A program made the position numbers and the translations under genes. The notes under the pieces were generated by a model. It did no database searches, was not told the DNA's origin, and saw only the letters and a program-made list of their open reading frames with translations. A stretch of DNA of 63,974 nt, the filler included. It is 7 parts of 7 records of this genome, joined end to end, with 100 filler letters (N's around TTAATTAATTAA, not from the genome) between each part and the next. Parts side by side here need not be neighbours in the genome. Positions count along the whole stretch, not along the records: positions 6,137 to 12,915 come from SRR31156797_28776; positions 13,016 to 21,324 come from SRR31156797_28784; 5 more parts are not named here. One strand, written 5' to 3'. The first letter of the stretch is position 1, and the number at the start of each line of letters is the position of its first letter. Shown here piece by piece: positions 10,978-21,424 of the stretch.

Positions 10978-12441
10978 ATGGGTAAAATAGGTGGATTTTT
11001 AGAAATCTCAAGAGAAGAGGCTGCAAAAAGGCCTGTAGAAGAAAGAGTAAAAGATTGGAAAGAATTATATAAGCCATATACAGATGAATATCTGTTAAAG
11101 CAGGCTGCTAGATGTATGGATTGTGGTGTTCCTTTCTGTCACTATTCATGTCCTGTATCAAATAACTGTCCTGAATGGAACGATTTCGTTCATAAAGGCC
11201 AATGGAAAGAGGCTTTAGACATTCTTCAAACTACAAACAACTTCCCTGAATTTACAGGAAGAGTTTGTCCTGCACTTTGTGAAGGTGGATGTGTACTTGG
11301 TCTAAATGATAAATCAGTTACTATTAAAAATATTGAACTTAATATAGTTGAAAAAGGATGGGAAAATGGTTGGATTAAACCTGAGCCTCCTAAAAACAGA
11401 ACAGGTAAAAAAGTAGCTGTAGTTGGAAGTGGACCAGCAGGTCTTGCAGCAGCTCAACAACTTAATAGAGCAGGTCATGAAGTAACTGTTTATGAGAGAG
11501 ATTTTAAAGCTGGAGGAATATTAACTTATGGTATTCCTGATTATAAAATTGAAAAATGGGTTGTTGAAAGAAGAGTCGCTCAAATTGCTGACGAAGGAGT
11601 AGAATTTGTATTCAACTGCAATGTTGGAGTTGATGTAACAGTTGATGAACTTGAAGCTAAATATGATGCAGTTCTTTTAGCTGGTGGTTCTAAAATGGCT
11701 AGAGATCTTCCTGTATTTGGTAGAGAGCTAAATGGAATCAACTATGCAATGGATTATTTAATTCAACAAAACTTAAGAAATGCAAGGAAAGAAGTTCCTG
11801 CAGAAGAATTAATAGATGCAAAAGATAAAAATGTTGTAATCATTGGTGGAGGAGATACAGGTGCCGATTGTGTCGGTACAGCAATGAGACAAGGAGCGAA
11901 AAATATTTACCAAATAGAGCTTCTTGAAAAACCACCTTTAGATAGACCACAAACTAATCCTTGGCCAAATTATCCTCAAGTATTAAAAATTAATACTGCA
12001 CATGAGGAAGCAGAAACATGCCTTGGAGGAAAATGTGAACTTGGTGAAGTTAGACAGTGGAGCATTTTAACAAAAGAGTTTGTTGGCGATGAAAACGGCA
12101 ACGTTAAGCAGTTTAAAGCAGCAAGAGTTGAATGGGTAGAAGATGAGAATGGTAAAAAATCAATGAAAGAAGTTCCAAACTCTGAATTTACTTTAGATGC
12201 TGATCTTGTATTCTTAGCAATTGGATTCGTTCATCCTGAACATGAAGGACTTGTAAATGAACTTGGTGTAAAACTTGATGGAAGAGGAAATGTTGCAGCT
12301 AATACAGAAGATTTCCAAACTTCTAAAGAGAAAGTATTTGCAGCAGGAGATATGAGAAAAGGTCAATCACTTGTTGTATGGGCTATTGCAGAGGGAAGAG
12401 ATGCAGCAGCTTCAATTGATAAATATTTAATGGAAAAGTAA
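10978..12441 (+). CDS. gltD: Glutamate synthase small subunit
   Basis: RCMDCGVPFC, GRVCPALCEGGC, GSGPAG, GGGDTG, GQSLVVWAIAEGR. Confidence 0.97.
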   Translation: MGKIGGFLEISREEAAKRPVEERVKDWKELYKPYTDEYLLKQAARCMDCGVPFCHYSCPVSNNCPEWNDFVHKGQWKEALDILQTTNNFPEFTGRVCPALCEGGCVLGLNDKSVTIKNIELNIVEKGWENGWIKPEPPKNRTGKKVAVVGSGPAGLAAAQQLNRAGHEVTVYERDFKAGGILTYGIPDYKIEKWVVERRVAQIADEGVEFVFNCNVGVDVTVDELEAKYDAVLLAGGSKMARDLPVFGRELNGINYAMDYLIQQNLRNARKEVPAEELIDAKDKNVVIIGGGDTGADCVGTAMRQGAKNIYQIELLEKPPLDRPQTNPWPNYPQVLKINTAHEEAETCLGGKCELGEVRQWSILTKEFVGDENGNVKQFKAARVEWVEDENGKKSMKEVPNSEFTLDADLVFLAIGFVHPEHEGLVNELGVKLDGRGNVAANTEDFQTSKEKVFAAGDMRKGQSLVVWAIAEGRDAAASIDKYLMEK

Positions 12442-12459
12442 AGAGAATAATTTTATATT

Positions 12460-12486
12460 GAGGCAGATTAATTTCTGCCTCTTTTT
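12460..12486 (+). terminator. Intrinsic terminator of gltBD
   Basis: GAGGCAGA-ttaatt-TCTGCCTC followed by TTTTT. Confidence 0.85.
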
Positions 12487-12639
12487 AATTTATATCTAAT
12501 TGTGAGTGTTTAAAATATAGTAGAAGTTATTAGGAAAATCACTAGTTTTTACATAGAATTTATTGATATAGTATAATTTAAATGTTAAAATGTAAAAGAA
12601 TTAAATATGCAAATGTGAATATTCTGTTAAGGGGGCAAA

Positions 12640-12915
12640 ATGTATCAAAAAGAACTTGAATTAGCGAAGGAACTTGCGATTAAAGCGGGAAAAGAAATAT
12701 TAAAAATTTACGAAACAGACTTTGATGTTGAAATAAAGGGGGATAATTCTCCGTTGACAACAGCTGATAAAAATGCAAATGATATTATAGTAGAAAAATT
12801 AAAACAAGAATTTCCAGATTATGCAATACTTTCTGAAGAAGTTAAAGATGATAAAATAAGAATGGAGAATGATTATTGTTTTATAGTTGACCCTTTGGAT
12901 GGAACAAAAGAGTTT
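12640..12915 (+). CDS. cysQ: 3'(2'),5'-bisphosphate nucleotidase (inositol monophosphatase family), partial
   Basis: KGDNSPLTTAD, ILSEE and VDPLDGTKEF; cut by the gap. Confidence 0.85.
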
Positions 12916-13015
12916 NNNNNNNNNNNNNNNNNNNNNNNNNNNNNNNNNNNNNNNNNNNNTTAATTAATTAANNNNNNNNNNNNNNNNNNNNNNNNNNNNN
13001 NNNNNNNNNNNNNNN
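12916..13015. other. Artificial contig spacer
   Basis: Ns flanking TTAATTAATTAA. Confidence 0.98.
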
Positions 13016-14404
13016 AGCAAATCCTCTACCTGCTTCTCCTGCTCTTGAAGCCTCAATAGCAGCATTTAATGCTAATAAATTAGTTTGTTCTGTTACGTTG
13101 TATATTTTTTCAATAAAAGAGTGGATTTCGTCAGAAGAAGATTTCAATTCATTGATTTCACTTGCATTTTTTTTGATATCTTCCCCGATGGAAGCTATTT
13201 GATTTAAAGTATCCAATAATTTAGATTTTTCGGTTAATGTTTGGTCAAGAACAGTTTGGTTTTCCTCGTTAATTGATTTAACAGTTCCTAGTATTTTTTC
13301 TGAACTTTCAGAAACCTGTTCTACTTTACTATCTACATCGTTTAAATTTCTTGAAGCATCTTCGATTGATTCTGAAATATTTTCCATAGTTGCAGACAGT
13401 TCCTCTGTTGCTGCAGCTGTTTTTAATACAGAATTATTAATTTTTTCTGATTCTGCCGTAACATCGTGCGATACAGAATCGATATTCTTAAGAGTATTAG
13501 TAAGAGCATTAACCATGACTTTAAAAGATTTTGATAAACTTGCAATTTCACACTTTGATTTTAGTTGTGGAAACTTTACATCTAAATTTAAAGTTGAAAG
13601 CCTGTTTGCCACATTTATTAGATTTGAAAGTGGACTGTTAATACTTTTTGCCGTTGTAGATTGGATGATACTAACTAAAATGATTAAAACTACTATAATA
13701 ATATTATTTCTTAATCCTACTTTTTTTAGTAATTTAAGGTTTTCATTTGAAATAGCATTGATTTCATCGATTTTTTTTAAGTTATCGATATTTTTCTTTT
13801 GAATAAATGGTCTGAGTGAATAATACACTGTTTCAACATTGTTTGTAAAAGTAGTTGTTTTAAAATAAGAGATCTCCTCTTTTTTAGATTTTAAAACAAT
13901 TTCCTTCGCAAGAATTTCTTCTGCTTTATTTTTAAGAGTAGTGTGTTGTGAATTGTTTATGTTTTCGAATATTTCGCTTTTTAATTGGTCAATTTCAGCC
14001 GTCAATGTAGATTCTTCAATTTTTAAATCAATCAATTTTGTCAAATTACCTTTCATTGTTGAGATAACAAGTTGAAGGTTAGTTTTAACATTTAAGTTTT
14101 CAGCTGCTTTGAAGACGGCGTTTACATCATCATCTACTTTAGAGTTAATTGCAGTAATGTCATTACTTGTTATTGGATTCTCAATGATTTCAGTAATATC
14201 ATCAAAAAGTTTTTTGAAAGCATCCCCTACTTTTATAGTTTCGGCGCTTTCGATTGCAATTTCTTTTAGTTCATCTGAAGTAGTAGAAATTTCAGCCGCT
14301 TTCTCGGAAAAATTTTTGTTGGTAATAATAGTATTTGCAGAAATAATAACCAAGCCAAAAAACACAACAAAAAATCCAAGAGACAGTTTTCTTGATATTT
14401 TCAT
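13016..14404 (-). CDS. Methyl-accepting chemotaxis protein, 3' truncated
   Basis: Two TM segments, a HAMP region and [24 protein letters not shown]. Confidence 0.93.
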
Positions 14405-14640
14405 TTAAAAGTCCTCCTAAAAATTATTAATAATATATGGTAACATTTTTGTGTATAAAAATCAACCAAATCTACCAGAATAAAAAACCAGAACCCGGTT
14501 TCAAGACACTTTTAAAAGATACAATAAATTATTTATAAAAAAAGAAATAATGTAAGAGGTGCCGGAAGAGTATAAAAATAATATTTGTAAATGTTGAGTA
14601 AAAACTCTAAAAAGAGTAGAAAAGATTTACTAAAAAACAT

Positions 14641-14668
14641 TAAAGAAAAAGCAGGTTATAGTCGATAT
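14641..14668 (+). promoter_or_regulatory. Putative sigma28 (FliA/SigD) promoter for flgG-flgA
   Basis: TAAA-N16-GTCGATAT about 90 nt upstream of flgG. Confidence 0.6.
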
Positions 14669-14757
14669 TCTGATTAGGGCAGAGTAAAGTCTGTTATTTA
14701 ATTATTTTGAAATTAAACAATTTAACATATTTAAATTAACTGAGGAGTTGGTTAAAA

Positions 14758-15543
14758 ATGATGACATCGCTATATTCGGCAGCATCAGGAATGAACGCAC
14801 AACAACAAAATATGGACGTTATATCAAATAACCTTGCGAATGTTGATACAGCTGGATTTAAAAAAAGTAGAGCTGATTTCCAAGATTTAATGTATAGTAC
14901 AAAAAAACAGGCGGGAGAATCTACTGGTGAAGGAAGTAGTCTTCCAAATGGCCTTCAAATTGGAAATGGAGTTAAATTAGTGGGTACGAAGAAATTATTC
15001 ACTCAAGGAAACTTCAAGCAAACAGGAAATGAACTGGATATAGCAATTGAAGGAAAAGGATTTTTCCAAGTCTTAAGACCGGATGGGAATATCGCTTATT
15101 CTAGAAACGGGTCGTTTTCCAGAGATGCAAATGGCCAAATGGTAAATTCAGATGGATTTCTAATGGAACCTGCAATTGTAGTTCCTGATAACTTTACAAA
15201 TTTCTCAGTAGGTCAAGACGGTGTTTGTACAGTTTATATCGATGGTGAACAGCAAGAGATCGGTAGAATAGAGCTTGCAAACTTTATTAATCCGGCAGGT
15301 CTGCATAACTTAGGTAAAAATCTTTATGTTTCAACTCCTGCGTCTGGTGAAGCAGTAGTTGGAAACCCGGGTGAAGAAGCAATGGGAACTTTAATGCAAG
15401 GAAGTCTTGAAACTTCAAATGTAAAAACTGTTAATGAGATGGTAGATATGATCACAGCTCAAAGAGCATATGAAGTTAACAGTAAATCGATTCAAACATC
15501 AGATGATATGCTTCAACAGGCAAATAACCTGAAAAGAGGATAA
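14758..15543 (+). CDS. flgG: Flagellar basal-body rod protein FlgG
   Basis: SNNLANVDTAGFKKSRADFQDLMY and LETSNV...EMVDMITAQRAYEVNSKSI. Confidence 0.96.
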   Translation: MMTSLYSAASGMNAQQQNMDVISNNLANVDTAGFKKSRADFQDLMYSTKKQAGESTGEGSSLPNGLQIGNGVKLVGTKKLFTQGNFKQTGNELDIAIEGKGFFQVLRPDGNIAYSRNGSFSRDANGQMVNSDGFLMEPAIVVPDNFTNFSVGQDGVCTVYIDGEQQEIGRIELANFINPAGLHNLGKNLYVSTPASGEAVVGNPGEEAMGTLMQGSLETSNVKTVNEMVDMITAQRAYEVNSKSIQTSDDMLQQANNLKRG

Positions 15544-15550
15544 ATAAATC

Positions 15551-16498
15551 ATGAAAATAAATAAATTTAAAATAAAAATGATAGTTCTGCTATCATTTTT
15601 ATTTATTTATAATATAAGTTTTTCGATAAAAATAATTGAAAATATTGAAGTTGAAGGAGTCAAAGTTTATCTAAGTGATTGTATAATCACAACAGATAAA
15701 ATAATGTTCCAGAAAGCTTCGAAGATAACAATAACGAGGCTGCCAAATCCTGGTGAATTTATTGAGCTTTCTGGTGAGAGAATAGCTTCGAAGTTGAGAA
15801 CTTTAACTAAAAAGGAGTTTAGTATTCCTCGAAAAGTTAAAATAAGAAGAAGTTTTAATATAGCCAGTCGAGATGAAATAAATGAAATAATTAAAGAAAA
15901 GTTAGAAGTTTTTTATCTGAGTAAACCGGAATTAAATTATGATTTTTCAGTAAATGTAGGAAGAAAGCTTAGAATTCCTGTTGGGAACGTAACATATAAG
16001 CTTGATGAAAGTAAACTAAAAAGAGATAGATATGGTAAATTTCAAGTTTATCTTGAGCTTTATCAAGCTGAAGAACTAGCGCAAAGAATCCCTTTTGTAA
16101 TGGAAATATCAAAAATAGTTTCAGAATACTATTTAACCAAAGATGTAGTAAAAGGTGAAGAGTTTAATAAGTCTCATATAGAAAAAAAATCCAGAGAGGT
16201 TTTTTATGATTTAAAAACTAAAGAATTTTTTATAGAGAAAGCAATTGGAAATGTTTATCAAGGTGGTTTTAAAAGCGGTTATAAAATCAAAAACGAAGAT
16301 ATAGGTCTAAAAACATTAATTACCAAAGGAAAAATAGTTAAACTTCAACTTAATTTTAAAGGAATTGTTATAACTGATTTAGCTGAAGCAATGGAAGATG
16401 GAAAAGTTGGAGAGATAATATCTTTAAAAAATATTAGAAGTGGTAAGAGAATTAGAGGAAAAGTAATGGCTGATGGTTCAATAGAGATAGAGTATTAA
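15551..16498 (+). CDS. flgA: Flagellar P-ring formation chaperone FlgA
   Basis: Signal peptide, C-terminal AEAMEDGKVGEIISLKNIRSGKRIRG SAF-type motif, follows flgG. Confidence 0.8.
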   Translation: MKINKFKIKMIVLLSFLFIYNISFSIKIIENIEVEGVKVYLSDCIITTDKIMFQKASKITITRLPNPGEFIELSGERIASKLRTLTKKEFSIPRKVKIRRSFNIASRDEINEIIKEKLEVFYLSKPELNYDFSVNVGRKLRIPVGNVTYKLDESKLKRDRYGKFQVYLELYQAEELAQRIPFVMEISKIVSEYYLTKDVVKGEEFNKSHIEKKSREVFYDLKTKEFFIEKAIGNVYQGGFKSGYKIKNEDIGLKTLITKGKIVKLQLNFKGIVITDLAEAMEDGKVGEIISLKNIRSGKRIRGKVMADGSIEIEY

Positions 16499-16516
16499 TT
16501 CTATCTCTATTTTTTT
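16480..16516 (+). terminator. Intrinsic terminator overlapping the flgA stop codon
   Basis: AATAGAGATAG...CTATCTCTATT followed by a T run. Confidence 0.75.
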
Positions 16517-16701
16517 ATAATATAGAAATATAAAATTACTGAATTTAATGAGTGAAGGTCCGAATATTCAGGTGAAAAAAATAAAATGTTTCAGGATTAG
16601 AAGTTTGGCTTAGAAAATAAGGAATGCAAAGTGTTCTTTATTGATTTTTTTTGTAAAATAATGTAAAATGTGATGAAAAATACAGTAAAAGGCGGTAAGT
16701 A

Positions 16702-17664
16702 ATGACAGAAAAAACTAGAAAAACAGAATATGAGAAAAAATACCATATTCCTGTTTTGTATGAAGAAACTCTGGATAATTTAATTTTAGATGAGAACGGG
16801 GTTTATGTTGACTGTACTCTAGGTGGAGGAGGTCACTCTGAAGGGATATTGAATAGACTTTCAAATAATGGAAGATTAGTTTGTATAGATCAAGATGAGA
16901 CGGCAATTAAATTTGCAAGTGAAAGATTAAAAGAACATAAGGGAAAATTTGAAATATTTAAAGATAACTTTAGAAATCTTGAAACAGTAATTTATATGGC
17001 TGGTTATGATAAAGTTGATGGAATATTAATGGATATCGGTGTTTCGTCAAAACAACTTGATGATGGTGATAGAGGGTTTTCGTATAATACAGATGCAAGA
17101 CTTGATATGAGAATGGATCAAAGCTCTCCTCTGTCAGCATATGAAGTAGTTAATGAGTACCCGGAAGAAGAGCTTTCCAGAATAATTTATGAATTTGGTG
17201 AGGAGAGAAGAGCTAGAAGAATTGCCAAAGTCATAGTAGAAGTGAGAGAAGAAAAACCTATTGAAACAACAGATGAGTTAGTAGGAGTTATTAAAAAAGT
17301 TATTAGAGAAAAAACTAAAAAACATCCTGCAAAAAAAGTATTCCAGGCAATTAGAATGGAAGTAAATAAAGAGCTTGAAGTTTTGGATGAAGCAATTGAT
17401 GCTGCTATTAAATGCCTAAAACCAGGCGGAAGATTAGCGATAATAACTTTCCACTCTTTAGAAGATAGATTAGTAAAAAATAAATTCAGGAACCTTGCAA
17501 AAGACTGTGTGTGTCCACCGGAGATACCTATTTGCGTGTGTGACACGATACCTAAAGTTAAAGTTATAACAAGAAAAGCAATAGCTCCTAAAAAAGATGA
17601 GTTACTGGATAATAAACGTGCACATTCATCTAAATTAAGAGTGTGTGAAAGGCTGAAGGATTAA
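16702..17664 (+). CDS. rsmH: 16S rRNA m4C1402 methyltransferase RsmH
   Basis: HIPVL, DCTLGGGGHS, LDMRMD, ITFHSLEDR. Confidence 0.97.
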   Translation: MTEKTRKTEYEKKYHIPVLYEETLDNLILDENGVYVDCTLGGGGHSEGILNRLSNNGRLVCIDQDETAIKFASERLKEHKGKFEIFKDNFRNLETVIYMAGYDKVDGILMDIGVSSKQLDDGDRGFSYNTDARLDMRMDQSSPLSAYEVVNEYPEEELSRIIYEFGEERRARRIAKVIVEVREEKPIETTDELVGVIKKVIREKTKKHPAKKVFQAIRMEVNKELEVLDEAIDAAIKCLKPGGRLAIITFHSLEDRLVKNKFRNLAKDCVCPPEIPICVCDTIPKVKVITRKAIAPKKDELLDNKRAHSSKLRVCERLKD

Positions 17665-17665
17665 A

Positions 17666-17950
17666 ATGATTAAATTACTGAATTCAAAAAAAGTTAATGT
17701 TGCTATTTTATTAATAATTATATCTATTTTAATTATTGGTAACATGTATCTATTTTCATTAATGAGTAAAATAAAATTAATGGCAGCAGATGGAGATTTA
17801 GACAAGCAAATTAGAATAGTGAATAGTGAAATCAGTAAATTAAAAATAGAAATTGATGAAAAAATTGATTTAGACAGAATAGAAAAGACAGCAAAAAAGC
17901 AGTTAAAAATGGAAATGACCGAAGAAGTAAATTACATAAAATATGAATAA
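17666..17950 (+). CDS. ftsL: FtsL-like cell division protein
   Basis: One TM segment plus coiled coil ending LDRIEKTAKKQLKM, directly after rsmH. Confidence 0.6.
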   Translation: MIKLLNSKKVNVAILLIIISILIIGNMYLFSLMSKIKLMAADGDLDKQIRIVNSEISKLKIEIDEKIDLDRIEKTAKKQLKMEMTEEVNYIKYE

Positions 17951-18099
17951 TAAATGCAAAATTATAGTTAAATAAAAAAGCTGTAAAAAGATTAATCGAA
18001 ATGTTCTAAAAGCTTTAGAAATGTTGACTTTCGAAGAAAAAGAATGTATAATTGTATGTCGGTTTAATTATTTAAATCGATTTCCAGAAGGGTGAGATA

Positions 18100-19473
18100 A
18101 TGCTACATAAAGGACAGAAAATAGAAATAGAAATAGACAAGATTGTTTTCGGAGGAGAAGGACTAGGTTTTTACACTGATTTTGCTGTGTTTGTACCGAT
18201 GTCAGTTCCCGGAGATTATGTTGAAATAGAGATTATTTCAGCAAAAAAAACATATGCAAGAGGTTTAATAACTAAAATAATAAAACCTTCACCTGATAGA
18301 GTTGGTGAAGGAAAAATTAGTTTTGAAGATTTTTCAGGTTGTGACTTTGCAATGATTGATTATGCTAAGCAACTGGAGTATAAAAAATTAATGACAGAAG
18401 AAGTTCTTGGGAAAATAGGTAAATTAAATAATTATGAGTTGTTAGACACTATCGGTGCTGAACATCCTTATCATTATAGAAATAAAGTGATAGAACCTTT
18501 TGCTAAATCAAAAGGCAAGATTATTTCAGGTTTTTACAAAAGAAAAAGCCACGATGTATTTGAAACGGATAATAATTTATTACAGCCAGAGCTTGCAAAT
18601 AAAGTATTAAAAATATTAAAAGAAAAACTTAATGAAAATATAAAAAGATTCTCATTATATAACGAAAAAACACATAAAGGTTTCTTAAGAAATGTAATGG
18701 TGCGAACTAACTCTTTTAATGAAGTTATGCTTGTACCAATTGTAAATACAAAACTTGACTCACAAGAGTTTAAGAATTTAAAAAACTTATTGCTTGATTT
18801 GGTTTCGAAAATACCTGAGATTAAATCAATTTATATATCATTAAATACAAGAAAGACTAACTTTGTATTAGGTGATAATAATATTAAGATTTTTGGAAAT
18901 GATTATTTAAAAGAAGAGCTATTTGGAATAAAATTCAATATTTCTCCGAGATCATTTTTTCAGATAAATATTCCGCAAACTAAAAAACTTTATCAAGAAG
19001 CAATTGCTTTATTTGGTAATATAGAAAATAAATATATAGTTGATGCTTATTCGGGTACAGGAACGATTGCAATGATTTTAGCAGCAAAGGCAAAACATGT
19101 ATATGGTATCGAATTAGTAGAGTCGGCTGTTAAAGATGCTATTAAAACATCATCTGAAAACAACATAAATAATGTTGAATTTATAAATGGAAAAGTTGAA
19201 AATACATTGCCAGAAATGCTAAAAGAGAATAAAAAAATAGATGCAATAATTTTTGATCCGCCGCGAAAAGGTATTCAAAAAAACGTGTTAGAAGCTGTAA
19301 ATGAAGCCGGGATTCAGGAAATTGTTTATATTTCTTGTAATCCGTCTACTTTTGCAAGAGATGCAGAGATACTTAGTGATTTAGGCTATAAAGTTGAATT
19401 AGTTCAACCTTTAGACATGTTTCCACAAACGAATCATATAGAGTTAGCAGCAAAGATCGTAAAACAAAATTAA
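18100..19473 (+). CDS. rlmD: 23S rRNA m5U1939 methyltransferase RlmD
   Basis: TRAM domain, YRNK, SFFQIN, DPPRKG, YISCNPST, DMFPQTNHIE. Confidence 0.94.
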   Translation: MLHKGQKIEIEIDKIVFGGEGLGFYTDFAVFVPMSVPGDYVEIEIISAKKTYARGLITKIIKPSPDRVGEGKISFEDFSGCDFAMIDYAKQLEYKKLMTEEVLGKIGKLNNYELLDTIGAEHPYHYRNKVIEPFAKSKGKIISGFYKRKSHDVFETDNNLLQPELANKVLKILKEKLNENIKRFSLYNEKTHKGFLRNVMVRTNSFNEVMLVPIVNTKLDSQEFKNLKNLLLDLVSKIPEIKSIYISLNTRKTNFVLGDNNIKIFGNDYLKEELFGIKFNISPRSFFQINIPQTKKLYQEAIALFGNIENKYIVDAYSGTGTIAMILAAKAKHVYGIELVESAVKDAIKTSSENNINNVEFINGKVENTLPEMLKENKKIDAIIFDPPRKGIQKNVLEAVNEAGIQEIVYISCNPSTFARDAEILSDLGYKVELVQPLDMFPQTNHIELAAKIVKQN

Positions 19474-19509
19474 AATGCAAATAAAGAAATGAAGGGTGAG
19501 TAAGTAGAA

Positions 19510-20121
19510 ATGACATTATTAATGATACTTTTTGTAGTATTAGGATACTTGATGGGAAGCATTCCTAGCGGAGTGATTATTGGAAAAACATTTAAAGGAA
19601 TTGATATTAGAGAACATGGAAGTAAAAATACAGGTGCTACAAACGCATTTAGAGTTTTAGGGAAAAATTTAGGTATTACGGTTTTCTTTTTAGATATGTT
19701 TAAAGGAATGATTCCTTTATTTATTGCTGCTGCGGTAGGAGTAAAAGGAAATATATTGGTATTTATCGGAGCAATCGCTATTGTAGGACATATGTTTTCG
19801 CCGTTCTTAAAGTTTAAAGGCGGAAAAGGAATTGCAACTGGTTTTGGTGTTTTTCTTTATCTAGCACCTATTGAGGCACTACTTGCAATAATAGTTTTTA
19901 TAATAATAGTTTCATTTACAAAGTATATTTCGGCAGGTTCAATTGTCGCTGCAACAGTTTTACCAATATTTATAGTGTTTTTACCGGTTAATCCGGCCAT
20001 TGAAAACAAATTACTGGTTATTATCGCTAGTGTATTAATTAGTGTGTATGTAATCTATAAACATAAAAGTAATATCAGTAGATTACTAAAAGGCGAGGAA
20101 AATAAATTTAAATTTAAATAA
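19510..20121 (+). CDS. plsY: Glycerol-3-phosphate acyltransferase PlsY
   Basis: GSIPSG, GSKNTGATN, FKGGKGIAT, HKSNI. Confidence 0.96.
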   Translation: MTLLMILFVVLGYLMGSIPSGVIIGKTFKGIDIREHGSKNTGATNAFRVLGKNLGITVFFLDMFKGMIPLFIAAAVGVKGNILVFIGAIAIVGHMFSPFLKFKGGKGIATGFGVFLYLAPIEALLAIIVFIIIVSFTKYISAGSIVAATVLPIFIVFLPVNPAIENKLLVIIASVLISVYVIYKHKSNISRLLKGEENKFKFK

Positions 20122-20132
20122 AGAGGTGAAGC

Positions 20133-21134
20133 ATGGAAAAAGTAGTAGTTTTGGGAGCCGGTAGCTGGGGAACGGCACTAGCTGTTCTTTTAGCAGAAAA
20201 ATCAAATGACGTTTATCTTTGGGAATACGATGAAAGTAGAGCTATAGAACTAGAAAATGACAGAGAGAATAAAAAATATCTTCCAGGACTTAAATTCCCT
20301 GAAAATCTAAAAGTAGTAAATAAAGTTGAAGGGTTATTAGAAAATGCTAAATATGTAGTATTGTCTGTTCCTTCACAAGTTTTAAGAGGAGTAGTACAGC
20401 AATTTTCACCTCAGCTAACAAGTGACATGATACTTATCAATACAGGAAAAGGTTTAGAAGTAAAAACTAAGATGAGGCTGTCTGAAGTAATGAAAGATGA
20501 AATATTAGGAAAGTTTCATAATAATATAATTATACTATCAGGACCAACTCATGCCGAAGAGGTTGCAAAAAAATTACCAACAACAATTGTTGCAGCCGGA
20601 GCAGTTGATAAAGCTTCAAAAGTTCAGGAATTATTTAGTACGAAATATTTTAGAGTTTATGTAAGTGATGATCTTATCGGAGTTGAGCTGGGAGGTTCAC
20701 TAAAAAACTGTATTGCGATTGCAGCCGGAGTTGCAGACGGTATGGGATTTGGAGATAATACAAAAGCAGCGATTATTACAAGAGGTTTAGCTGAAATAAG
20801 TAGATTTTCCAGAGTTTACGGAGCAAAAGAACAAACATTCTCGGGACTTGCCGGAATGGGAGATCTTATAGTAACTTGTGCAAGTAAACACAGTCGTAAC
20901 AGGTTTGTAGGAGAAGAGCTTGGAAAAGGTAAAACTATGGAACAGATTATGAGTGAAATGTTCATGGTTGCTGAAGGAATTCCAACAATTCAGGCAGTAG
21001 CAGAAATGGCTAAAGAAAAAGAGATTCAGATGCCAATAATAGAAGCGCTGTATCAAGTAGTATATAAAAATCAAAAACCTGTAGAATTGGCAAAATTATT
21101 AATGGAAAGAGACCTGAAAACGGAATTTTATTAA
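20133..21134 (+). CDS. gpsA: NAD(P)H-dependent glycerol-3-phosphate dehydrogenase
   Basis: GAGSWGTAL, SGPTHAEE, GDLIVTC, SRNR. Confidence 0.97.
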   Translation: MEKVVVLGAGSWGTALAVLLAEKSNDVYLWEYDESRAIELENDRENKKYLPGLKFPENLKVVNKVEGLLENAKYVVLSVPSQVLRGVVQQFSPQLTSDMILINTGKGLEVKTKMRLSEVMKDEILGKFHNNIIILSGPTHAEEVAKKLPTTIVAAGAVDKASKVQELFSTKYFRVYVSDDLIGVELGGSLKNCIAIAAGVADGMGFGDNTKAAIITRGLAEISRFSRVYGAKEQTFSGLAGMGDLIVTCASKHSRNRFVGEELGKGKTMEQIMSEMFMVAEGIPTIQAVAEMAKEKEIQMPIIEALYQVVYKNQKPVELAKLLMERDLKTEFY

Positions 21135-21249
21135 AGTAAAATTATTATAAATATCCATGTTAAGCTTACTAAAACTTTTGTACTTTCTGAAAATTTGGGT
21201 GTATGTGAGTTTAAATTAAAAGGAAAAAGGAAAAAGTGGTGAAATAGTT

Positions 21250-21324
21250 GTGGACAAAAATAAAGACTTAGTTTCGCTGTATTTAAGCGACATTAGAAAA
21301 TATGATATTTTAACAAAAGAGGAA
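21250..21324 (+). CDS. Sigma-70 family factor, N-terminal fragment (region 1.2)
   Basis: GTG 21250 gives VDKNKDLVSLYLSDIRKYDILTKEE, matching the YL.DI...LT.EE pattern; cut by the gap. Confidence 0.75.
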
Positions 21325-21424
21325 NNNNNNNNNNNNNNNNNNNNNNNNNNNNNNNNNNNNNNNNNNNNTTAATTAATTAANNNNNNNNNNNNNNNNNNNN
21401 NNNNNNNNNNNNNNNNNNNNNNNN
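21325..21424. other. Artificial contig spacer
   Basis: Ns flanking TTAATTAATTAA. Confidence 0.98.
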
